Shown in pieces: positions 56,602 through 64,000 of a DNA stretch of 64,000 nt; positions within the stretch are counted from its first letter, which is position 1; every line of letters starts with the position of its first letter. The position numbers and the translations under genes are program-made. Source of the stretch: Alphaproteobacteria bacterium (lineage in GTDB: Bacteria; Pseudomonadota; Alphaproteobacteria; Caedimonadales; UBA9215); assembly GCA_024281375.1 (NCBI GenBank), contig JAJSAD010000041.1, positions 19,397-83,396 of the forward strand. The letters run 5' to 3'. Under the pieces are notes generated by a model that was not told the DNA's origin, ran no database searches, and saw nothing but the letters and a program-made list of their open reading frames with translations.

Positions 56602-57834
56602 ATGAAACAATTTTTTAACTATGGGCTTAAGATAGCCTGTCTTTCACTCCTTTTTCTGATGCCCACCCCGGGATTTTCTAGTGATATCGTGCCAGAGGAT
56701 GGCATTAAAAACACCACATCTTGTCCCTACACAAGTTCTGCTGATATTCCAGAGGGGGTGAGTGATTATGTTGCAAAAAATATGATGAGTATGGGGATAA
56801 ATACAGCCCTTAAAGTGATGGCGTGCACTGGTCAATTAGATGAACGCGCTTTCGCAACCGCCTGGAGTGAGCTACAGGATCACTTAAAAGTGTTAGGGGG
56901 AGAAAGATGTCAGGCTCTTGCCGCTAAAATTACTGACGATAAGGTCAAAATGTTTTTGAATATTATCCCCCCTAATGCGGATTATACCTTAGATATCTTC
57001 TTTCAGCATAACACCGGAAGGGCAGAAGAAATTCTTTCTTCTATTGAAGCCCTGCAAGCACAAATTTTCATTGAGGAAGACGAAATGGCAAAAACACGTC
57101 TTCAGCAGGAGCTTCTTTATCTTGGAAAACGCTTGCATGCGGCGAATGACCCAACGGCTCGGAGCATCACGGGCACCCTGCTTTTTGGTGGTTTACATGA
57201 CCCTCGTCTAGAACAAGCCTTTTTGGAAAATGCTGTTGAGGAAGTCCATAAACAAGCGAGAGACTTTTCTGAAAATAAAATTGGGGTTGAAGAAAAAGAT
57301 GTTCTTGCAAACAATGTCTTTATTATATTAGGGGAAACATATAAAGCGGGGGCTGCAGCTCTCTCTCATATTATTAGAGCTGGTGATACCGTCACAGAAG
57401 AACAAAAAAACCTTTATGGTAGCCTATCTGCTTTCTATCATCGATTTTATTCTCCCCTCATAAAACAAACAATAACATCAGACGGGGTTATTGATGCCTA
57501 TAAGGAATTCATGGACCTCCGTCGTCATTTGACTTATTTCCACATTGGGGATGAGGGACATGAAATTGAAAGTCCTTTTCCTGTACCAATGCTAGAAACC
57601 GTTGACACGGGGGATGAAAGAGCAACAGCCTCTATTGAAGCCTCCAAAACAAAATTAGAAAGAACAGCAGAATTGACGATGGAAATGGGTGCTATCCCAG
57701 CACAGCTTGAAAATATCAGCGCCCGTCGAGAAGCAGTCGGGAATGATGATGAAGCACTAGCTGCTATTGAAGCAGATAAAGCTGAGATCATTGCACGTAT
57801 TATGCAAATTCAACAAGAACTCGCCGATCTTTAA
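56602..57834 (+). CDS. hypothetical secreted protein
   Basis: 410 aa with a signal peptide (..LLFLMPTPGFSS), mostly helical and acidic, with a coiled-coil-like C-terminus. GGAAGG lies upstream. No family recognised. Confidence 0.55.
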   Translation: MKQFFNYGLKIACLSLLFLMPTPGFSSDIVPEDGIKNTTSCPYTSSADIPEGVSDYVAKNMMSMGINTALKVMACTGQLDERAFATAWSELQDHLKVLGGERCQALAAKITDDKVKMFLNIIPPNADYTLDIFFQHNTGRAEEILSSIEALQAQIFIEEDEMAKTRLQQELLYLGKRLHAANDPTARSITGTLLFGGLHDPRLEQAFLENAVEEVHKQARDFSENKIGVEEKDVLANNVFIILGETYKAGAAALSHIIRAGDTVTEEQKNLYGSLSAFYHRFYSPLIKQTITSDGVIDAYKEFMDLRRHLTYFHIGDEGHEIESPFPVPMLETVDTGDERATASIEASKTKLERTAELTMEMGAIPAQLENISARREAVGNDDEALAAIEADKAEIIARIMQIQQELADL

Positions 57835-57858
57835 GCATATTGCAACAACATGTTAAGG

Positions 57859-57887
57859 AAGTCCCGCTATGATGCGGGGCTTTTTTT
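57859..57887 (+). terminator. rho-independent terminator
   Basis: AGTCCCGC-TATGAT-GCGGGGCT followed by T7. The T-run overlaps the stop codon of the convergent transporter gene. Confidence 0.7.
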
Positions 57888-59064
57888 AGGCTAATTGAGC
57901 TGTGGTTTTATGGAGTTTTGAATAGATTTTTTCAAACAGGAGAGCGAAAGCCCCATTACCAAAAACGTTAGCTGATGTCGCAATGGGATCAAAAAGAATA
58001 TACAAGGCGAGAATCAACGAGAGCATTTCAGGAGAAAATCCGAGGTACTTTTCTAAGACGGGAAGAATCACAATAACGCCTCCCCCCGGCACAGCCGCCA
58101 CAGAAAAACGCGCAATAACAAAAAAGACCGTGAACATCAAAAAGGCCTGAGGCGTTGGCAGAGGTACGCCAAAGGACACCATAATAGCAAGACCTAAAAT
58201 AGAGAGAGAAAAACAATCTCCAATCATATGAATGTTAATACTTAAGGGCACGACGCCATTGACGATGGGATTCTTAGAGGTTTTTTCTGAGGCCGTTGTA
58301 ATAAGAGGCAGCGCAGAAGCGCTAGACATAGTGCTAAATCCCGTCACAAGGGCAGGAATCATATTGCGGATACTTTTGAACCATTTTTCAGGCTTAAATC
58401 CCGCAGCTAAGCCATAAAGAAGAGTGATATAGGTAAAGGCGAGTACAGTAATGGCGACGAAAACCGATAGATAATTTTGAACGATAAGGTCCAGCACGCC
58501 ATCAAATTCCATTTTAAGGATGAACCCAAGAACAAAAATAGGAATGACCGGGATAAAGAAAAACTTTAGAAAACGCAACGCATAATGCTGGGCTTTTTGG
58601 GCTAGGTGCTGTCCTTTTTCAAAGCCTGTCATAGAGAGAATAATACCCACAAAAAGCCCTGAAAAAAGAGCGGCATCATTGGAGAGAAAATGGGGAAAAT
58701 CCAAATCCCATAAAGGAGCGAGTTCGGTGCCTGATTTTGCAAAGGGTTGAATGGTATCCAGAGCTTCTAAAGTAAACATCCCTAGAAATCCCGCAAAGGA
58801 GGTCGCTGTGAAATTAGAAACAATCACCATGAGAAAGGCGATAACAACGAAGGAAAGAGCACCTTTTTGAAGGGCTCCAACACTGCTAATGAGAAAAGAA
58901 AAAATAATAAAGGGGAGTACCATCAAGAGGGCTTCTTTGATGGAAAGACTCAAGGCAAAAAGCGTTGACTTAACATCCGTTGATACCAAATCCCCAAAAT
59001 AAAGACAAAGAATGATCTCAGCAATGAGAATAAGGGGAAGGGTTAAGTCTTTAAGTTTTCCCAT
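57886..59064 (-). CDS. dicarboxylate/amino acid:cation symporter (DAACS/SDF) family, divergent paralog 1
   Basis: 392 aa with HP1-like MSSASALPL, HP2-like AAVPGGGVIV and the TM8 motif DPIATSANVFGNG. Confidence 0.8.
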   Translation of the reverse strand: MGKLKDLTLPLILIAEIILCLYFGDLVSTDVKSTLFALSLSIKEALLMVLPFIIFSFLISSVGALQKGALSFVVIAFLMVIVSNFTATSFAGFLGMFTLEALDTIQPFAKSGTELAPLWDLDFPHFLSNDAALFSGLFVGIILSMTGFEKGQHLAQKAQHYALRFLKFFFIPVIPIFVLGFILKMEFDGVLDLIVQNYLSVFVAITVLAFTYITLLYGLAAGFKPEKWFKSIRNMIPALVTGFSTMSSASALPLITTASEKTSKNPIVNGVVPLSINIHMIGDCFSLSILGLAIMVSFGVPLPTPQAFLMFTVFFVIARFSVAAVPGGGVIVILPVLEKYLGFSPEMLSLILALYILFDPIATSANVFGNGAFALLFEKIYSKLHKTTAQLA

Positions 59065-59091
59065 GGTGTCTTGTCCTTTTTATTGACAGTA

Positions 59092-59240
59092 TATACTCAT
59101 CCTCTTTCGACGTCTGCCAAGTATCTTTATTGGCAAAACGGCGACATATCCCAAAGTCATAATGTCCTCACGTATAAAGTAGACGCTCCGGGAGCTCTGG
59201 TCTGGTTTTAAAACCCACAGGTCGAAACTGAATAGGTATA
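59092..59240 (-). repeat. MITE-like element, family X (149 bp, full length)
   Basis: Its reverse complement, TATACCTATTCAGTTTCGACCTGTGGGTTTTAAAACCAGACCAGAGCTCCCGGAGCG...GTCGAAAGAGGATGAGTAT, aligns with 40230-40356 and 6410-6527. Confidence 0.8.
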
Positions 59241-59342
59241 GTCCTTCCAAAAATGTTCTAGTCTAGGAAAGAGTAATCGACGACTATGCCTTATAGTTTA
59301 GGAGCGATTGACGACGTCTGGGACTTTTTTTGACGGACTATA
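59237..59342 (+). repeat. family Y palindromic element, full copy (106 bp)
   Basis: Arm TATAGTCCTTCCAAAAATGTTCTAG, the 56-bp core, then CTGGGACTTTTTTTGACGGACTATA. It shares its first TATA with the end of the family X copy and overlaps the last 16 codons plus the stop of paralog 2. Confidence 0.8.
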
Positions 59343-60547
59343 AAGGCATTGTATACTTTCTCGAAGAATTGGGCAAATGCCCCATTCCCAAAGACGTTAG
59401 CTGAGGTCACAATAGGATCAAAAAGGATATAAAGAGCCGTAATCAAGGACAGCATTTCTGCGGTAAATCCTAGGTATTTTTCAAGGATGGGAATCATCAC
59501 AAGGATTCCCCCGCCAGGAACAGCCGCCACCGCAAATTTTGCCAACACAAAAAAGACCGTAAAAATAAGGTACTCTTGAAGGGTCGGAAGAGGGTGTCCA
59601 AAGGATACCATGATCGCAAGGGCAAGAATTGAAATGCCAAAACAGTCCCCAATAAGGTGAATGTTGATGCTAAGGGGCACAACCCCTGTGGTGGCCTTAT
59701 TATGGGTGTTTTGACGCACTCCTTCAATCAGCAAAGGCAGGGCAGAGGCGCTGGACATGGTACTAAACCCCGTGAGCATAGCGGGAAAAATATTCTGTAT
59801 GCTGCGACGCCATTTAGAGAAGCTAAAGGTCGCAGCAAGACCGTAGAGAAAAATAATATAGGTATAAGCCAACACCACAATCACAGCCACAATGGCGAGA
59901 TAATCTTGGAAAATGGAAGACAGAATTCCGCTGTGTTCCATGTTTAAAATATATCCCAAAATAAAAAGCGGAATCAGGGGAATAAAAATTTTCCGAAAAA
60001 AGGCAAAAGCATAACTGTTCATTTTTTGAGAAATTTTTTGGGTTGCTTTATGACCCGTAAAGGCCAGCAAAAGACCCGCCCCAATGCCTGAAAAAAGAGC
60101 CATATCATTGGAGACAAATTTCAGAGCTTTTAACGTCCAAAAATTTGTGACGGCCTGAAGGGTTTCAGGTTCTAAAAACCTCTCCCATAAAGGGATAAGG
60201 GGCTCTGCTGCATTGTTTGTGTGTTGCGCAATATCCATCAAACTGAGGAAATAAGACCCCGCAAATCCCCCAAGGGATGTTGATATAAAGTTGGAAAAAA
60301 CAACAAGAGAAAAGGCTAAGGCAGCAAACGAAAGTGCTCCTTTGCTAAGGCTTCCCAAGCTATGAAAAATAATCGAGAAGATAATAAAAGGCAAAAGGGT
60401 CACCAGCATTTCTTTTAAGAAAATACTTAAAGAATAAAATCCCGCTTTCACCGTCGTTGGAATGAGATCACCAAAAGCAAGGCACAGAATAATTTCGGTA
60501 ACCAAAATGAGGGGGAGTTTTAATTCTGATAACTTCAGAGATGACAT
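59291..60547 (-). CDS. DAACS/SDF-family symporter, divergent paralog 2
   Basis: 418 aa with MSSASALPL, AAVPGGGILV and DPIVTSANVFGNG. The C-terminal tail IVRQKKSQTSSIAPKL is encoded by the repeat. Confidence 0.8.
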   Translation of the reverse strand: MSSLKLSELKLPLILVTEIILCLAFGDLIPTTVKAGFYSLSIFLKEMLVTLLPFIIFSIIFHSLGSLSKGALSFAALAFSLVVFSNFISTSLGGFAGSYFLSLMDIAQHTNNAAEPLIPLWERFLEPETLQAVTNFWTLKALKFVSNDMALFSGIGAGLLLAFTGHKATQKISQKMNSYAFAFFRKIFIPLIPLFILGYILNMEHSGILSSIFQDYLAIVAVIVVLAYTYIIFLYGLAATFSFSKWRRSIQNIFPAMLTGFSTMSSASALPLLIEGVRQNTHNKATTGVVPLSINIHLIGDCFGISILALAIMVSFGHPLPTLQEYLIFTVFFVLAKFAVAAVPGGGILVMIPILEKYLGFTAEMLSLITALYILFDPIVTSANVFGNGAFAQFFEKVYNAFIVRQKKSQTSSIAPKL

Positions 60548-60565
60548 CTTATTTCTATATCCCTC

Positions 60566-61756
60566 CTAGGGTAACGTTTTTTTAGGGGTGAGCACCCTAT
60601 TTTTTCTACGATATGCTCGCTCAAACAATTGAGCAAAGGTGCCATGCCCCAACACATTAACAGGCGTGATAAGCGGATCAAACAAAATATAAAGCGCTGT
60701 GATGAGAGAAAGCATCTCCCCAGAAAAACCAAGGTATTTTTCAAAAACGGGAAGGGTAATCAGAACACCTCCCCCCGGTACGCCCGCAACGGCAAATCGC
60801 GCAATAACAAAAAAGACAGAAAATAACAGAAAATCCGGAAGGGAAGGAAGGTCATACCCAAAGGAAATCATAATCGCAATAGCCTGAATAGACATAGAAA
60901 AACAGTCCCCAACCAAATGGGTGTTAATACTCACCGGCACCACACCCGGTGTGAATTCTTCAGTCGTATTTTTCTCCACAGCTTCAATCACAAGGGGGAG
61001 GGTGGAGGCACTGGACATGGTTGTAAAACCTGTAATCATACCCGGCACAAGGTTTTTAAGGCCTTGGCTCCATTTTGCTTTATTAAAGCCCATGGCGAGG
61101 GCAAAAAGGAACAAAAGATAGCTGACGGCAACGATGATAATCAGAAGGGCAATAGGCAAATAGTGTTTGAAAACAGAGGTTAACAAACCATCGTCTTGCA
61201 TCTTTAGAATAAAACCGAGAATGAAAATAGGAAGTAACGGAATAAAAAGACGCTTTAAGAAAAATAAAGAAGCCTCTTGCATTTTATGGGCGATATTTTG
61301 GCCTTTTTCATCCCCCCAAAGGGACAATAGAACACCGGCAATAAGGCCTGAAAAGAGCGCAACATCATTGGAAACAATCTGGGGAAGGTTCAAGTCCCAC
61401 AGCGGAGCGAGAGTATCTGATGAGAGCGTTACTTTTTCAATAAGTCCGAATTGCCCCAGGGTAAAAATACCTAAAAACCCTCCAAGGATTGTTGCAGTGA
61501 AATTAGAAATAATCACAAATGAAAAGGCAAGGGCCACAAAGGAAAAGGCACCTTTTTTGAGGGTCCCAATACTGTTCAAAAGAAAAGAAAAAATCACAAA
61601 GGGCAACGCAAAAAGAAGCATCTCCTTTAAACTAAGGCTAAGGGCATATAAACCTGATTTTATCCCCTCAGTAATAAAGTCCCCAAAGGTTAAGCACACA
61701 ATGATTTCTGTGATCAAGATCAAGGGCACCTTAAAATCCGACAAAATCTTTTTCAT
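60566..61756 (-). CDS. DAACS/SDF-family symporter, divergent paralog 3
   Basis: 396 aa with MSSASTLPL, AGVPGGGVLI and DPLITPVNVLGHG. It lies 18 bp from paralog 2. Confidence 0.8.
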   Translation of the reverse strand: MKKILSDFKVPLILITEIIVCLTFGDFITEGIKSGLYALSLSLKEMLLFALPFVIFSFLLNSIGTLKKGAFSFVALAFSFVIISNFTATILGGFLGIFTLGQFGLIEKVTLSSDTLAPLWDLNLPQIVSNDVALFSGLIAGVLLSLWGDEKGQNIAHKMQEASLFFLKRLFIPLLPIFILGFILKMQDDGLLTSVFKHYLPIALLIIIVAVSYLLFLFALAMGFNKAKWSQGLKNLVPGMITGFTTMSSASTLPLVIEAVEKNTTEEFTPGVVPVSINTHLVGDCFSMSIQAIAIMISFGYDLPSLPDFLLFSVFFVIARFAVAGVPGGGVLITLPVFEKYLGFSGEMLSLITALYILFDPLITPVNVLGHGTFAQLFERAYRRKNRVLTPKKTLP

Positions 61757-61906
61757 AAAAGAACTCTTTAGTTTAAAAAATAGGGAGCCCCTTTATATAG
61801 AAGGCTTTTTGTGCAAAATACAAGGAAATTAAGGCTTTGTAATACTAGATTCTTCTAGGGGGGAGTATATTCAAGACAATGATGATTTTCTCAAAATCCT
61901 CTTGCC

Positions 61907-63142
61907 TCATAGCCTTGATGTCTGTTTTTCATGCACGTTTGCGAATAAAGCTCTTCTCATCTCGACACCAATATAGTGAGAGCCAGCAATGAGGATCTCC
62001 GTTGGGTTTTCTTCGGTTGCTTTTTCTAAGGCGCTTTGAAGATTGGGGGCAAGGGTAGCTGTGGCCTCTAAGTCCTGCACAATTTCTTTTAAAAATTCTG
62101 GAGGATGATAACGTTAAGCCTCGCAAGGCTTGAAAAAGAAGAGAGAGTCAAAACAATCTATCAAGGGCTTTAGGGTTTCACGGGCATCTTTACTTTTCAA
62201 GAGGGCTAAAATAAGCGTTTTAGGTCCTGGGTAACTCCTAAAAAAATATTGAACGGTCTTAGCCGCAGCAGGATTATGGGCCACATCAAACCAAAGGCGA
62301 CTTCGACCAATCTTACCGAGTTTTTCTAAGCGCCCTGGCCATTTAATATTTTGAAGGCCTTTTTGAAGGGCAGCTTTTGTGACAGGTAACTGATTTTTCA
62401 AAAGTTCTATGGCCTCAATCACAAGGGATGCATTTTCTTGTTGATGGTCTCCGGGAAGATTAGGTTTGGGAATATTCTTGTCTAGGGAGGCTCGTATGAA
62501 AAGGCTGTTGTGGCTATGTGAAATATCCCTTAAAACCTTTTCAACCTCTGGTTCTTGAAGTGCTGACAAAACAGGGCAGTCTTTCTTAATAATCCCAGCT
62601 TTAGCTTGTGCAATGTCTTTGAGGTTATTCCCTAAAAAATCAGAGTGGTCTAACGAAATGGGAGTGATGATAGAAAGAACAGGTGCTGCGATGACATTGG
62701 TGGCATCAAATTCACCCCCAAGGCCCACTTCGAGGAGGAGTACATCAGCCCGTACCTGCGCACAAAGACTCAAAGAGGTTCCAATCATCAATTCATACCA
62801 GCTTAGCTGATGGGCCTGAGCCTGTTTTTCATGGCGCTTAATTGTGGTCCATAAGGTTTCTTGGCTAACGGTCTTTGAAGCTAAAACCAAACGCTCTGTG
62901 ATGCAATAAAGATGGGGTGACGTGATGGTGTGTACTTTATAACCTTGCGCTTCATAAATGGCTCGCAACATAGCAACAGTAGAGCCTTTTCCATTGGTGC
63001 CCGCCACATGAATCGTCGGGGGGAGGCTTTTGTGGGGAGAGCCGATCTCGTTGAGAAAATTCAAGAGAGGCTTAACGGTGAGAACATTGCAGGAGATAAA
63101 TTTATGTTCAAGGGCATCAAAATCATAGGAAGGTTGAGTCAT
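61907..63142 (-). pseudogene. folC: dihydrofolate synthase/folylpolyglutamate synthase FolC interrupted by an in-frame TAA at 62114-62116
   Basis: P-loop HVAGTNGKGST and Mur-ligase middle domain. After the TAA the same frame runs 68 more sense codons with a FolC-like C-terminus (..EILIAGSHYIGVEM..) to TGA 61907-61909. Start taken at MTQPSYDF (63142); the ORF is open to 63250. Confidence 0.8.
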
Positions 63143-63155
63143 AAAAAGGCGCTCT

Positions 63156-63938
63156 TTACAAAATATTTCGAGGATCGAATTCCATGGTGATTTCCTTCCA
63201 CACTTTGTATTTGTTAGGCGGTAATAAAAGAGGTTTGTAGCGGAATTCATTAACAGCTTTCAAAGCACTCTCAGCTAGAATTTGATAAGTTGGGTTATTT
63301 AGGAGGCTTTTATTGATCAGGCTAACGCTGCGCACCGTTCGATCTGGATTCATAGCAATACGAACTTTGATAGAGATTTCATGCATGCCTTTGACACCCG
63401 CAGGAAGACGCCAAACCCCCTCGATTTGTTTGCGCACACGATCTAATTCGCTTGCGGCGAGACGATCACTTAAAGCACCCCCTTGGCCCTTACGTTTTTT
63501 GGGTGCATCTTGTATTAAGTTTTTAAGAACCGACTCAAAATCCCTCGTCTTTTTTTTGGGCTTCTTTTTAGGTTTTGTTGGGGGTTTGGGTTTGAGCTTA
63601 GGAGGCTCAATGGGTTTGGGGTCTTCTTTTGTGTCAGGCTTTTCTTCTGGTAAAGGAGGAACAATTTCTTCAGGCTTAAGCTCTGTTAGGGGTTCTGGTT
63701 CGGGCTCGGGCTCTGGGAGAGGCGTTGGTATTGGTTCTTCGAGAGGATCTTCTTTCTCAGGAGATTCTGGCAAAGGGTCCGGAGATTTCGAGGTTTCTTC
63801 TATGTGATCGACCAACTCAACGGGAATAGGTTGCGAGAGATCGAGGACGTCGGTTTTGTAATCCAACAAGCCAACAATGCCCATGCCAATCAAAATCACA
63901 TGGAGACTTGCCGAAAGGATCGCCCAACGCCCCATCAT
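63156..63938 (-). CDS. tolA: TolA-like cell envelope integrity protein
   Basis: N-terminal TM anchor, Pro/Glu/Lys-rich spacer (PEPEPEPEP, KPKPPTKPKKKPKKK) and a C-terminal TolA/TonB-like domain. It sits directly after a TolR-like gene end. Confidence 0.7.
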   Translation of the reverse strand: MMGRWAILSASLHVILIGMGIVGLLDYKTDVLDLSQPIPVELVDHIEETSKSPDPLPESPEKEDPLEEPIPTPLPEPEPEPEPLTELKPEEIVPPLPEEKPDTKEDPKPIEPPKLKPKPPTKPKKKPKKKTRDFESVLKNLIQDAPKKRKGQGGALSDRLAASELDRVRKQIEGVWRLPAGVKGMHEISIKVRIAMNPDRTVRSVSLINKSLLNNPTYQILAESALKAVNEFRYKPLLLPPNKYKVWKEITMEFDPRNIL

Positions 63939-64000
63939 CTATTTGCCAGCTCTTTTGTTTTTAGGGAGCTCAGCCAGCAGGGCCACTTTGTTAAAGCCCG
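63939..64000 (-). CDS. tolR: TolR/ExbD-family protein, C-terminal 19 codons only (rest outside window)
   Basis: The reverse strand reads ..GFNKVALLAELPKNKRAGK-stop, abutting the tolA start. Identity is inferred mainly from context. Confidence 0.45.
   Translation of the reverse strand, partial: GFNKVALLAELPKNKRAGK

Noticed and set aside
4770-63250. Genetic-code change (TAA/TAG reassigned to sense) as the explanation for the internal stops
   Set aside because: About 50 other genes in the window terminate on TAA or TAG at the length expected from their families, for example merA ..SCCAG-TAG, parC, era, rnc, yejF and asnB. The only tRNA present has the ordinary Leu anticodon CAA, not UUA or CUA.
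63560-63790. Short tandem repeats (GAGCCCGAGCCCGAACC-type on the plus strand) that could suggest a VNTR or CRISPR-like array
   Set aside because: They encode the Pro-Glu/Pro-Lys spacer (PEPEPEPEP, KPKPPTKPKKKPKKK) typical of the TolA/TonB linker. This is coding low complexity, not an array.
1-64000. Search for CRISPR arrays, transposases, integrases, prophage, toxin-antitoxin or known defence-system genes
   Set aside because: No regularly spaced direct repeats and no ORF with recognisable recombinase, transposase, phage or defence-domain motifs were seen in either strand. The dispersed repeats found are short, non-autonomous and irregularly spaced.

Overview
This is a gene-dense 64-kb chromosomal segment with about 55 protein genes, one tRNA and no rRNA, CRISPR array, transposase, integrase or phage genes. 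Gene content and order point to a moderately AT-rich alphaproteobacterium: lepB-rnc-era-recO-parC, mutY back-to-back with a DUF721 gene, ctaA/COX15, an NDUFS4-like ETC subunit, ccmAB, tolR-tolA, yejBEF, ftsK-lolA and dnaQ. Several orphan secreted proteins, nonsense-interrupted genes and short dispersed repeats suggest a host-associated lineage, but that is inference only. Recognisable accessory modules are a co-directional merR-merT-merP-merA mercury-resistance operon with a MerR-type long-spacer promoter, a CusBA-like HME-RND pair, a Znu/TroA-type metal ABC importer, a GT2/AsnB/polytopic-membrane glycan-modification cluster, and three tandem divergent DAACS transporter paralogs. Four signals are not explained by ordinary annotation. 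(1) Three unrelated reading frames (ctaA, folC and a 1.5-kb secreted-protein frame) carry four in-frame TAA/TAG stops and no frameshifts. (2) Three families of short dispersed repeats fill many intergenic regions. They are a ~106-bp palindromic element with TATAGT arms, a ~130-150-bp MITE-like element with TATACC...GGTATA ends, and a ~125-bp element that forms a large inverted-repeat structure next to tRNA-Leu. (3) Copies of the palindromic element supply the last 13-16 codons of ccmB and of one transporter paralog. (4) One orphan secreted protein has tandem UBA-like repeats. All functional calls rest on motif recognition by eye, because no database search was possible.
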